From the human T2T-CHM13v2.0 reference genome, Homo sapiens: a stretch of 64,000 nt of DNA. Positions 1 to 13,796 of the stretch are shown piece by piece. The notes beneath the pieces were generated by a model, which had not been told where the DNA came from, did not search any database, and worked only from the letters and a program-made list of their open reading frames with translations. The position numbers and the translations under genes are program-made. Each line of letters starts with the position of its first letter. Position 1 is the first letter of the stretch. The stretch lies in the NCBI RefSeq assembly GCF_009914755.1, contig NC_060936.1; one strand, 5' to 3'.

Positions 1-789
1 GCTCACTCCCGAGACGTGAGGACTCGCCACCCAGGCATTCTCCTCGGGGTGGGCTGGGCCCCGGGACGACCACCCGCTTCTTCCTCGCCCCCGCTGCCCC
101 CACTTCGGGAGACCCAGAGCTCTGGATGCCTTTCCCCGGAGAAGGGGGGGTGTGCGGAGTCGGGGTGGAAGAGACCTTGCTCGCAGAGCTATATCAAGTG
201 ATGTCCAGAGGCTGGGAGCCCCGGCGGCCTCTGTCCCTTGCCTGTCGGGTTAGATTTATACTTTAAAAATACCTCCCGCCCTCCCTCCTTCTCTCGCCTC
301 TCCCCGCTGCAACTTTCTTTGATCCGCTCAAAGGTGGCTTAGGTGAAATTGGAGTAATTCCCTTATGGGGGTCTTAAAATGTAAGTGAATGTCCTTATCC
401 GGGGTGACTCAAAAGCTTAAGTCGGGAAGCCCAACGTGACTAAAACCAATAGGTGATTGTTCGGGGCCGACTGTGTGCGGGTGTACACGGTATTCGGCCC
501 GGGTGTCATCCGCGGCGCTGGACTGTTTCATTTTGAGTTTGCAACTTGGGTTTTTCAGCGAGCTTTTTTTCTTCCTGAAAGCTAATGGCTTCCACAGCAA
601 TTAGACATTTTCCTCGCCCGCCCCTTCCCTCCCCTTTCTTTACATATAGGAGATGGGATACTCATTCCCGCTGCTATTGATAAGGTCGGAGGCGGCCGGG
701 CCTCTCCCCAGCTTTCGCCCGCCCCAGCGCCCGCTCTCCCTCCGCCCTCCCTTGGCTTCCTTTTGATGTAGTGGGGAACGCGTCCTACT

Positions 790-815
790 AAAAAAAAAAA
801 AAAAAAAAAAAAAAA
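790..815 (+). repeat. poly(A) mononucleotide run (A26)
   Basis: Directly visible; no Alu body attached. Confidence 0.95.
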
Positions 816-864
816 GTAATCTGCCCGGTAACAATCAGCGCGCAGTAGCAGGAGCCCCAGAGCT

Positions 865-879
865 ATTGGCTATGCAAAT
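865..879 (+). promoter_or_regulatory. Inverted CCAAT box (ATTGG) adjacent to a perfect octamer ATGCAAAT
   Basis: ATTGG at 865-869 and ATGCAAAT at 872-879; motif match only. Confidence 0.55.
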
Positions 880-1196
880 AGAGGGAGGGGAGACGGCGCC
901 CCAAACTCTTCCTCACCCTTTTAAAGCGATATCCCCTCCTTTCCCCCCCACCACCCCTTCCGCCCCACCCTCGTTTAAAGAGGCTGGCTCCGGGGCCTGA
1001 GTTAATCGCTTGCACCTCTAGTTTATTCGCTCCCCTCCTCCGCCTTGCAGGGAACCTAGTGTACGGCTCACCCAGCCCGCGCCCCACCCCGCCTTGCTGG
1101 CTCTCCGCGCCCCTGCCCGGGCCCCCTCTCTCGGTGAGGGAGGCACTCAGTCGGCCTCGGTGTGCCCAGAGAGCTCGAGCCACGCCATGCCCGCTG

Positions 1197-1373
1197 CACG
1201 TGCCAGCTTGGCCAGCACATCAGGGCGCTGGTCTCTCCCCTTCCTCCTGGAGTGAAATACACCAAAGGGCGCGGTGGGGGTGGGGGGTGACGGGAGGAAG
1301 GAGGTGAAGAAACGCCACCAGATCGTATCTCCTGTAAAGACAGCCTTGACTCAAGGATGCGTTAGAGCACGTG
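1197..1373. promoter_or_regulatory. CCND2: Two canonical E-boxes CACGTG (MYC/MAX type)
   Basis: CACGTG at 1197-1202 and 1368-1373, about -1.6 and -1.4 kb from the ATG; CCND2 is an established direct MYC target. Confidence 0.75.
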
Positions 1374-1597
1374 TCAGGGCCGACCGTGCTGGCGGCGACT
1401 TCACCGCAGTCGGCTCCCAGGGAGAAAGCCTGGCGAGTGAGGCGCGAAACCGGAGGGGTCGGCGAGGATGCGGGCGAAGGACCGAGCGTGGAGGCCTCAT
1501 GCCTCCGGGGAAAGGAAGGGGTGGTGGTGTTTGCGCAGGGGGAGCGAGGGGGAGCCGGACCTAATCCCTCACTCGCCCCCTCCCCCTCCCGGGCCAT

Positions 1598-1606
1598 TTC
1601 CTAGAA
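1598..1606. promoter_or_regulatory. CCND2: STAT5/BCL6 GAS-type site TTCCTAGAA next to a GC/Sp1-like tract
   Basis: TTCNNNGAA match about -1.2 kb from the ATG; CCND2 is an established STAT5-activated and BCL6-repressed gene. Confidence 0.75.
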
Positions 1607-2340
1607 AGCTGCATCGGTGTGGCCACGCTCAGCGCAGACACCTCGGGCGGCTTGTCAGCAGATGCAGGGGCGAGGAAGCGGGTTTTTCCTGCGTGGCCGC
1701 TGGCCGCGGGGGAACCGCTGGGAGCCCTGCCCCCGGCCTGCGGCGGCCCTAGACGCTGCACCGCGTCGCCCCACGGCGCCCGAAGAGCCCCCAGAAACAC
1801 GATGGTTTCTGCTCGAGGATCACATTCTATCCCTCCAGAGAAGCACCCCCCTTCCTTCCTAATACCCACCTCTCCCTCCCTCTTCTTCCTCTGCACACAC
1901 TCTGCAGGGGGGGGCAGAAGGGACGTTGTTCTGGTCCCTTTAATCGGGGCTTTCGAAACAGCTTCGAAGTTATCAGGAACACAGACTTCAGGGACATGAC
2001 CTTTATCTCTGGGTATGCGAGGTTGCTATTTTCTAAAATCACCCCCTCCCTTATTTTTCACTTAAGGGACCTATTTCTAAATTGTCTGAGGTCACCCCAT
2101 CTTCAGATAATCTACCCTACATTCCTGGATCTTAAATACAAGGGCAGGAGGATTAGGATCCGTTTTGAAGAAGCCAAAGTTGGAGGGTCGTATTTTGGCG
2201 TGCTACACCTACAGAATGAGTGAAATTAGAGGGCAGAAATAGGAGTCGGTAGTTTTTTGTGGGTTGCCCTGTCCGGGGCCCCTGGCATGCAGGGCTGGAT
2301 GGAGGGAGAGGGGTGGGGGGTGGCGGGGGACCGCGTTTGA

Positions 2341-3063
<723 letters not shown>

Positions 3064-4763
3064 TAAACCTGGGAGAGGGCAATCCCCGCGCCGGCCTCCC
3101 GGCTCCTGTGCGGGAGTTTACCGCGCGCCTTCTGGCGAGACGCGTGGCTTTATTTCTGTTCCTCTCCAGATAAACTGGGGAGGCAGAGGGGGGAGGAAAA
3201 TCTGGGAGAAGCGAGGCTGTCCTGGGCGGGGGTAGGGGAGCATCCCGCGCGCGTGTTCCTGCATGTGGCTGCCTCTTCTTCCCACCCCCCTCGCGACCTG
3301 TCTTTTGCGAAGCCGCCGCGGCTGCTTGCGCTGCGGCCAGGAAGAGAGTCGGGGCCTGAAATCGGGACCCCGAGTAGAAAGGCAACCCCCCCCAAAAGGC
3401 CAGAGCAAATTCGTCTTGGCCTCAGGTCCCCGCCTGTGGTCGCGACTCCGCGCTGGCACTTCACCGGGGAGGTGGAGGGAGGAGGGAGAAGGAGAGAAAC
3501 GGGGAATTCGGGAGCCCCGGAAGTCCCATTGAAGAAACGCGTGTTTCAGGGGAACCCAAAAGAACCGCTTCTTGCCCCTCACTCCAAGTCTTTGCCCAGC
3601 GAGCCGTGTGCCCACGTATGCACAGCTCTGGACCTGCCGTGGTTTCGCCATGTTGCTTTGCAAACTCCCTTTGGAAAGGCTGGGAAACGTCGCCCGCTTA
3701 CCCTCGCACCCCATTATCCCGGCCACCCCACTTCTAATCGTGCCCTCTCCCCCACCCCCCACCTCACGAAGATTACTTACAGTTTGGTTTTCCAGCTTCC
3801 TCGGTGCGGAGATTTGGGTGGGGTAGGAAGGGGGGGAGGGGGTGTGTGTAGGGGGGATACCGGGTCACCCCTGAAGGAGAGGTGGGAGCCCCCCGTGCCT
3901 CTTTCCAGGGCTCTCTGCTCCCGTCTTTCCCCTCGCTCGTCACCGCGTTCCCTAGTTTCTGTCCTTGTGGGCCGCAGCCGGACACTCCCGCCGCGGCGCT
4001 CACCCCTTCAAGTTTCCTCCCGGGATCCAAAGCCCCAGGGGTCGGAATACAGACCTTTCTGGCACCCGAAACCTCTGTTTCGGGAAGCCTGGCTCTTCTT
4101 TGGGGTTTTCACGCCAAAAGGGCTTTTCTAGGATATTTCCTCGATTTTTAATTATTTTTTGAAACCATCCCCCCCTGCTCCGACTCCAGCTGCCGAGGCT
4201 GCGGCGCTCTTCCTCCTCTCCTCCCTCCCCCTCTCTTCCCCACCTCTCCTCACCCGCCCCCCCAAAAGCGGCCCCTGGGCCGCAGGGACCCCCCCAGACA
4301 TTTTTTCCAATTGTCGGGAATGATAGAGGAGGATCTGGGGATCCGGATGAGACCAAGAAGTGGACCCCCGGAGCCTCCAGAATATTTTTATTGATTTTTT
4401 GAAAAGATGACGAAATCCAAAAAAGAGTGAGTGAGTTAGAGTGCGCGAAGGAGTAGCCAAAGGGAGCGTCGCGGAGCTGCCGCGGCTGCTGCGCACTTCT
4501 CCGACTCCCCGTTTTGGAGCTGTAGTTCACCCCCTTTTATAGGATCCCTGGGAATACCAAAGCACTGATGGGCTATTCTGATTCACTCCAGTTTCCTCAT
4601 CTTTGTTCTTTATTCTTATCACGCATTCTGGTCCCCTCCCCCTCCCACAAAAAAAAATTAATTTTTTTTGTTTCGATAGATTACGCTTTTTTATTCTTTT
4701 TCTCTTTTGCTGATGCTATGCTCTCCACCCCCGCCCCCCAACCCTTTCCCACTCCCATTATAG

Positions 4764-5195
<432 letters not shown>

Positions 5196-7487
5196 TGAGG
5201 CTACATCTGTGAATAAGATCCTCATGGAGATTTGGGTTGGTGAGACTCATTTGCAATTGTGTATGCATGTGTGTAGGGGACGCATGGAATATTTTAATTA
5301 ACAGTGATAATATTTTAATTAAATTCCAAATTTCCAAAAATAGTCTGAGAACGTGTTCACATGATAGGTATGTGGCTGTGGTGTCTCCTAAAAACTTGGA
5401 GTTCAAAGGTAATGCCCTCTATATCTACAAAGTCTCAAGATACCAACACATAATAGCTGTTCACTAAATATCAGTTCATTGACTTTTGAGCAAAGTCAAA
5501 ATGTGGCCTTTCACTGAAGGAGTCCGAGGCCTGGGTTCCTACCTCCAGTGGGACTGTGACCTCTGTACAACCCCAGGGATCCTGTCTTATCTCTGCTTTT
5601 CTACCAGGGAACCTTTTTCCCACCTGATCTAACTCCTTTTCCCTGCAGCTTGACATATAAGACGACCATATTGCAGCTGTACCGCATGGAATAGCGGCTC
5701 CAAGGCCCACCTTCGGTGGTTTGCACACCCCTCTTTGCACTGTTCAGAAAAGCACCCCCTCCTTCCCGCCCCTCCCCCTCCTCACTGGTAGGGCCCGCAC
5801 AAAGTCCACAGGGCTGAGGCTGGCTTCTTGAACTGAGCTCTTTGTGAGGAGCCTTCCTTTCTGGGGCTCTGCTGCCATCTAGTGGAAGACATGCACAAGG
5901 TTGGGGGAGGAATTGCCGAGAATGTGGAGAGGGGCCTGAATGACTTCACCTTTGAACCGCTGCCAGGTTTTAGCTGCTTCTGGTTTGGTCCGAGAGGCCT
6001 AGAAAGGTGCTTTCTTCTGGGAGATCTGCTTCCTTTAATAACGGTGCAAGACCAGTGGTTCGTACTCGCATTACCCTGTGAAGAGGAAGGGCTGGCATTT
6101 CAAGCCATCTTTGAAGATGATGGTGGTTTAGTAGTTTATTGGGGTGCTTTACCCCGGCTGTCCACAGAAAGCCAAGGCAGATTTTAAAGCTTATGAAGAA
6201 AACATTGTTAGAATTGGGAACCAATTTGTTTTTCTCATGAGAGAGCAGGAAAAATCATCTTCATATGGTTCATTTGTTTCGAGAGGATGGTGAATTGAGA
6301 TGTTCTTCAGGACACCCAAATCTTTCCAGGACTAGCCAAGCAATATATTGCTACAAACAAACTTGGCTTTTTCCTATTCCCTTTATCCCAGAAGTTGGGA
6401 TTTGGAAGAGTCCTATTTTACAAATGAGAAGGCTGAGGCCTGGGAGGGAAAGGGAATCACCCCCAGCCCCACAGCTGTGGGACTGGTGCTCTGGTTGCTG
6501 GTTTAGCAAATGAAAGAGATTCCAGGTTCTCCAGGTGAATGGGAGAGAGGGTGCATTGGCAAACAGGCCCTGCCTCTCATTCTTCTGATGACAGCTCAGT
6601 GGATAGGCATATTTTCTGGTAGCACATACGATATTTTTAATGTTTTATTTTGGACCGTTTCCCTTTGAGCACAGTTTCCCGTAAGTATCTCAGTGAAAGA
6701 GGGAAACAAGGTTCTTTTTCAGGTGGGTTGCTGGTGAGAGACCCAAAAGAGACAGGGTTGTGTGGTCCCCACACTTGCACTGAGGGATGCTGTGACACTG
6801 AGCAGGCACCCTCACCTTGCCCCAGATCACCTCCATCTGCAAAATGAGGTTGCTAATGACCATGTGGTCCTTTAGTCATGATGACAATGGCCTGTGAAAC
6901 ATTTAGGGGAAAGGGCTGAGTGTCACATCCCCAGAATTTCTGCCTGATATGTAAAAGGGGAGTTTGAGCAGCAGAGAGATAAAGGCACTTTTTGGCACTA
7001 AGTAAAAGCAAGCTAATTGGTTGCCAAGGAGTTGGGCCAAGGAACCTTATTTTGAGCTTTATCTGTGTGCATCATTTTTCCATGAAGATTAAAAAGACTA
7101 TTAATTCGGTGATAGAGACATATACAATAAATTACCATGAAAGGGCCACAATGACCTTGGCCGTATCTCATTGTAGGTTCAGCTTTCTGGGTGGGCGGGA
7201 AGCAGTATTGCCTGCAAGTCAGGGTTGGGAGGGGGTAAGGGGAGCTGGAGTGGAAACGAAGTAGAAGAAAATAGAATCTTGGCAACAGCTACCTGGGCTC
7301 TCATTATTTTCAGTGGAGCCTGACATTTGAAGCATAAGAAGAGCTGTCAACAACTTCAAAGCTTCAGGGGCACATTGACAAATGGGCCCGCCTTACAATC
7401 TAGCAGCCACGTCCTAATGAGCGGCCTTAAAACTGGTCTGGAGCCCAACCCCCAGCCCCCTACACCAGGTCAGCCTGTGGAATTTAG

Positions 7488-7850
<363 letters not shown>

Positions 7851-10800
7851 TGAGCTTTATATATTTGCTTTCTCTGCTAAACTCATAAATGGTTTATGAG
7901 GACAGGTGTGGTTAAGGCAAAAAAAATTAGTGCCTGTTAAAATATTCTTTATGATGGCTAAAGTGCTCTTTGAAGATTACATATACTGCTCACTGGTTGT
8001 GTTCAAATCTTTAATCTTTTAAGGAAAAGGATGGCTTGGAGATAAGCCCAAGAGGAAATCTCGAGGGGGATGGGGGCAAATACAGGTTAAAGGAACAACG
8101 TCAAGATAAATATGCTGCCTGCCTTGATTAGTGGTAAGGGAGACCAAAGAAATTCTTTTTTTTTTTTTTTTACTGTAGGGCATTTATGGCCTTCTAGCTG
8201 TTTGCTTCTCTAGCTGTTTGCCCCACTGGGCGCGGGAGGGAACCTGGTTGGCTTTCGGTGAGGCTTTACTTTCTGAGCGCTGGGTTCTGATGCCCTCAGT
8301 TCATGTGGAGGTGTTTTGATTTTGGCCGCAGCCTTTAACGTTGCAATTCCGCCTACCACGTGGATCCCACAATTGATACATCATTCCTACTGGCCCATTT
8401 GTTTTGTAGTTTCCTAATAAACCAAAGGCAGTGGTTTGCTGTTGTCTTATTAAACAGCCTTGGCCAGTGTCTACTGGTTTTTTGTTTTTTTTTTTCTTGG
8501 TAGTGGCCATGGCAGAGACCCTGGAACCTTACTCATCCAAGGGAGAGATGTCAGGAGTTCATGTTTTGACAATCAGAAACCTTAGGTAAAAAGCTGATCA
8601 CTTGGGAAGACCTTTCGGTGTGCTTCACCTCAAATTTGCCAAGAGTAGTTAAATCGCTAGGTGGACTCACGTGGTAACTTTTTTCAGGATGTTGTTACAT
8701 GTTACTGGTGAGTTCTACGGAACGGATGATTATATAACGTACGATGTAGTGCATATGCCCTGTGCTCACAGTCAAAAAGTCAGGCTTTGCTGCATATCAG
8801 TGAGTGACCTTTAATTGGCTGCTTAACCTCTCTGAACCCGAGCTTCTTCATCTCCAAAACAAGCCTATTGATACATCATCCTACAGCCTTTTCAGAGCAG
8901 CTAGGAAAATTAAAATCAGAAAGAGGTGATGCACGTGGACGTGCTTTGTAAACCGAAGTGTAGGTTGGACCTTCACTAATTGTGAAAATGCTACCATCTC
9001 CGATTTTCACCCTGATTTTAACTGTTCCGACTAAAGTGGATATGATGGCTTTCCTTTTCTGGCTGCCCTTACGTGTTTCTAGCAGGACCTGTGTGTTCTG
9101 CACTTGCAGGCTTGAGTGTGGAGTCCTCCCGGCCCCCTGCCTGTTCATCTAGGGCACAGGTTTCCCCTTGCTGGTTTTCTGTAGTCCTGTTCTCCTGGAT
9201 GCAGGCCAGGCCTCATGGCGTGCACATGCGCCCTGTGCCCCTTGGTGGGAGAGTCCGTTATCCTTCCTGCAGCCCTGGGGGCGGTTCTTAGGACCCCTGT
9301 GGACCCCTGCTGCCTTTTGGATAGTGGTCACTCTGGCTTCCTTCCCTTCTGCTGTCTGGCCCGGGCCCGAGAGGTCAGTCCTCCAGTGACCTGTCATTTT
9401 GTCTCCCAGGCTCGGCTGTCTCCTTCCTCTCTCATCATGATTCACTGTGGGGGAGGGGTCAGCCAGTTCTTTCTCTCTGGCCCAAGGACAGCTGACCCCC
9501 GACCCTAAACTCCCCCACTGCCCAGCTGTTGATAGCCAGAGCTCTGCTCAACACTGTCTCTTGACTAACAGATCTTTTGGGGTCTAACTGCCCCTTCCTC
9601 CTCTCTGATCTCTGATTGGGGTAGGGGTGCTGGGTGGAGTTACCGGGGTGTGGGCAGATCCCCAGATTCCGTCTAGACCCATTCTCGAAAACCGGGGATC
9701 CCATCCCCCACCCGTGGCCTTCTTGCCCAGATCTTTGGGCTGGCTGCCAGCTCCGGGGCCAGAGTAGGGAGCCTGGGATTCAGAGACTGAGGACAGAGGC
9801 CCAGAGGGATACAGAGGCAGTTATAAAGACTGTGTTTTGGGGGCCTTGAACTAGCTTTGGTCAGGGACTAGGAAAGGACACCCCCAAACCACATGAAAAT
9901 GGTGTGCTAGGCACTAAGCCTCAGGCGTGGACAGGGCAGAGCACAGGTAGGTCCTCGGCAGTTTCCTGGGTCTGGAAAGGAGGGGCCTGTATCGAAAGAA
10001 GTTGCTTTCCCTCATCTGCACTTGGGTTTGTGCAACTGACTGAGTCACATAGAATCCTGGCTGCGTGGAGTTTTACAACAGTCGGCCTCACAGTACAAAC
10101 ACCGAAGGCCGCTTTTCTTGAAGGAAACACCTTCCATGGAGAGGCGATTGTGCATTGTGGGGCCAGGGTGTGATGAATGGGCAAGGACCCAGGACTCTGG
10201 CCAGTAGCGGGCACAGAGTGACTGAGAGGCAGAGGTAGGAGATGCAGATTCCCCAACCCGAGCTGTTGCCCTCACCTGCTCCTCAAATCGCACACTTCCC
10301 TCCTTTTCTCGCAGTCCTGGATGTTCCGTCCTGGAGCTGATGAAACACCTGCGGCCAGGGTCTCGGAGGTCCACAGTGGGTGGAGGGTGGGGGTCCCGAG
10401 AGATGGCCGCCAACCCTCAGGCCGTGCAGCTATTTGATGGGAAAAGCTGGTTGTGAAAGAGCTGGCAGTGGTTCTGCAGTGTGTGGGGAGCGTATTTGTG
10501 TGTGAAAGGGGAAGGGAGAGCAGGAGAACATAGAGGGGCCGCGTAAGTGTGGCGAAGTGGCGGTCTTGCTTTATGGGGCTCTGGATTAAGATGGTGGCAA
10601 GGCGGAGAGGAGCCCTCCTTCCTTCCCTGCTCAGCCTAAAATGGCTTCTGGAAGAGCAAGGGCCGCAAGCTGCTGGTATCCCTCTGCAGCAGGTCCTGGG
10701 CAGTGCAGGCATGGGTGGGTTGGGCGGGGGATCTTCCTGACTACAGCTCCTAGCATTCCTGTTCCTGGAGTTTCCAAAACTGGGGAAGCAGAACTGAGCC

Positions 10801-12949
10801 ATAGCTTCCCTGGTTGCCGCTCTGCTGATAGAACACCCAGGTCTGCAAGCGAGGAAAGAAGGCCATTGGAGATGACCTGGGTTCGCACTCTGGCACTGGG
10901 AGATTGTTGAGATGTGATACCATGCTCGGTGGATGATTCCAGTTAGTCTAGCAGAGCCAATGGCATTGAGTTTACACCTGGCACCGGGTAGGGGGAGGTG
11001 CTCACCCTCCCTCTCCAGGCACCCACATCCCCTCTTTCTTCACTAGAAGCCCACCCTAAGATGCTGCACCTTGGTATTTGTGCCACACACGGTAGCCACC
11101 CCCAGGCCTCCCCACGCCAAGGCCAGAGCCCCATTGTTGACTAGAACCCATTGTGCTGTCCTAGCCCCTTCCCTGGCTTTACCTACAGGTGTTCCCTCAG
11201 ATTCCATCGCCAAGTGAGAGGGAGACAGTGGTGGCCCAGAGAAGTTCGATGACTTGGCCCTTGATCTAGAGTGGGAGATTTCGCCTTGATGGGTGCTGGG
11301 AAGGAAGAATGGAAACCCGTCTTTCCATCTGCAAGTCTCTGAGCTACCCCTGAAGCCGCGAGGTCATGGGACTGAGGGGGAGTCGTTAGCATGCCCTGTG
11401 GGGACAAGCAGCCAGGCAGTGTGGTGCTTGCCATCGCTCTTCCCTCTGGCTGTAAGATGAATGGGTAGCAGGCTGCTCATCGCCCTCCAACCAGCCCCCT
11501 CCCCAGCTCCTCCCAGCAGGCCTTGCAGTTGCATGGGCATTCCCTTGCCATGGCAGCCCTGCCCCACAAGGACAGGGTATGCTGGTCCTCTTATGGGGGT
11601 GGCAGATGAGGTGCGTGCCCAGTGACGTCCCTGGCCTGTGAACACTCTGGTTCTGGCCCTTTGAACTTCCACCTGACTGCAGGTTGGAGAAGAGAGATGG
11701 GGAAAGCCTGACCTGGCCTTCCCTTTCTTCTTCAGCGTCAGAGTGCGTATCTCTCTCCCCCTATTGGTGAACAGAAGCAAAGCCATCACCCCTGCACCCC
11801 AAGACCTCGGCCACCATAGCCAAAATGATGGGTGCTAAATGTACTGGGCAGGACCATGTATTCCGTGGTTTTAAACTTACTTAGCTCTGAACTCTTTATT
11901 TGGTAAAATCCTACCAAGAAGTGCAGATACCAAGTTGATGAAATGGAGCACTTCTCAGGGCCCATGCCCAGGTGAGGGAGCCCAGCGGGACCCCCAGAGG
12001 CTCCCAGGGCATCCTTGGGAGGATAAGCCTTTTGTGCTTGCTGGTGCCGGGGCTGCGGCTGGGACCCAATTCCTTTGATTCCTGAGCCAGAGCGCCACCT
12101 TTGGGGCTCTTCTCCCACTTCCGACGTGAAAGGCTGCCCTGTCCTCCTGAGTGGTATATGGGAGGTGACTTTGAGGAGCTGGTCAGCTTCCAGTAAGTTA
12201 CGAAGAGCTCTGCATCCAGAGTCTCAAAGTCTCATCCGGATCCCAGGCCCAACACTCACAGTGAGTGACATCAGCCAGATCACTTCATCTCCCAAGACTT
12301 CATTGATTCACCTGTAAAAGGAGATGTTTGAAACAGATGAATTTCAAGCTCCTTTTTATTAATACCTCACCATCATCACCGCCGTCATAAGCAAGCATGC
12401 AGCCCACAGCAGAGCTGCCCCTGGCGCCTGTGGGTCCAGCTGGGATTCCCCTAAGGTGTGTCCTTTGCCTCCACCATTTTGCCAGGAGGGAGGCGGGAAT
12501 GTCGGGTGTTCCTGGTTATCTGGGCATCGTTCCTTGGCTCGGGTGAACTGCATCTCAATGAATTGTGGAATGTGCTGGGTTAGAGTTGCCAACTTCTCTC
12601 TTCCATTCGCTGAGTGTTCATGGGGTTCTTTTCATTCCCCTGTGGGGCTGCACTTTCTCCCAGTTCTGCAAAGCAGCAGGAGGCTTTGGGGACTCGATGA
12701 TGTCATTTCTGGGACACATACACAACTGGATAGTGACAGATTCTCCAGGAAGCACAGAGCCCTCATTCTTCCTGGCCTGCTTGGCCTGCTCCCTGCATCT
12801 GCCTGCAATCCAGGGATGCTGGGCGCCTTTCTCCTCATCCCTCCAGACGCTGGAGAGCATCTCCAGTCGGAACTCCCCACCACAGTCCTGCAGGAAGTAC
12901 TAGGAGTGAGAGCAGAGGAGGGGCAGGTTGGGGAGGATGCTGGCTGACA

Positions 12950-13180
12950 TTCATTGCTTACCTTGAACCAGGCACTGTGCTTTTACAAGGATTATTTTAA
13001 GTGAATCCTCAGAACAGCACTACAACGTGGGTATTGCTGTTGTCATTATTTGCAGATCAGAAAATGAAGACTCAGAGAGGTCAGGTAACTTGCTCATCTT
13101 CACACACTTGGTAGGTGGTGGGATGGAGATTCCACCTCCTTCTGATTCCAGAGCTAATACTCTGAACCAGTGAGCTGTGT
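12950..13180. mobile_element. MIR SINE fragment
   Basis: MIR core-like aaaatgaagactcagagaggtcaggtaacttgc. Confidence 0.6.
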
Positions 13181-13482
13181 TCTCCAGAGGTCTGCTTTGG
13201 TTGGAGGGGAGCTGGAGCCCTAGGCCCTGGGACGGCCTCTGTTGCCCATGGCAAGGCGTGTGGCTGCTCCTGCTCTCTTCAGATCTCCAGATGCAGCAAC
13301 CTGGAGAAAGGCCCTCCTGGGTCTGGTGGGGACTGGGGCAGGAGTGGAGGCTGCCCAAGCTCCGTGCACTCCACGTTCCAGCTTGGAGCTTTTTGAGTCT
13401 ACTCTCCAAATCCTTCCCATCTCCCTGAAGAGTCTTCTGAGAAGTGTCTCAAATGCTCCTCTTCACTCAAGAGCCTCCTTTC

Positions 13483-13796
13483 TTTTTTTTTTTCTTTTCT
13501 TTTTCTTTTTTTTTTTTTGAGACAGTCTTGCTCTGTCACCCAGGCTGGAGTGCATGGCACAATCTCTGCTCACTGCAACCTCCAACTCCCGGGTTCAAGT
13601 GATTCTCTTGCCTAAGCCTCCAGAATAGCTGGGATTACAGGCGCGTGCCACCATGCCTGGCTAATTTTTGTATTTTTAGTACAGACAGGGTTTCACCGTG
13701 TTGGCCAGACTGGTCTCGAACTTCGGACCTCAGGTCATCTGCCCACCTCGGCCTCCCAAAGTGCTAGGATTACACTGTGAGCCACTGCGCCCAGCC
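13483..13796 (-). mobile_element. AluS element (intron 3)
   Basis: Poly-T then reverse Alu dimer; TSD caagagcc(t/c)ccttt. Confidence 0.95.

Noticed and set aside
3253-4131. 292-aa ORF and overlapping antisense ORFs in CCND2 intron 1
   Set aside because: GTG start, Pro/Arg/Gly-rich low-complexity translation typical of CpG islands, and no recognisable domain
12088-12107. CTCF-like motif (reverse CCCAAAGGTGGCGC)
   Set aside because: Three mismatches in the 5' half of the core; too weak without ChIP data
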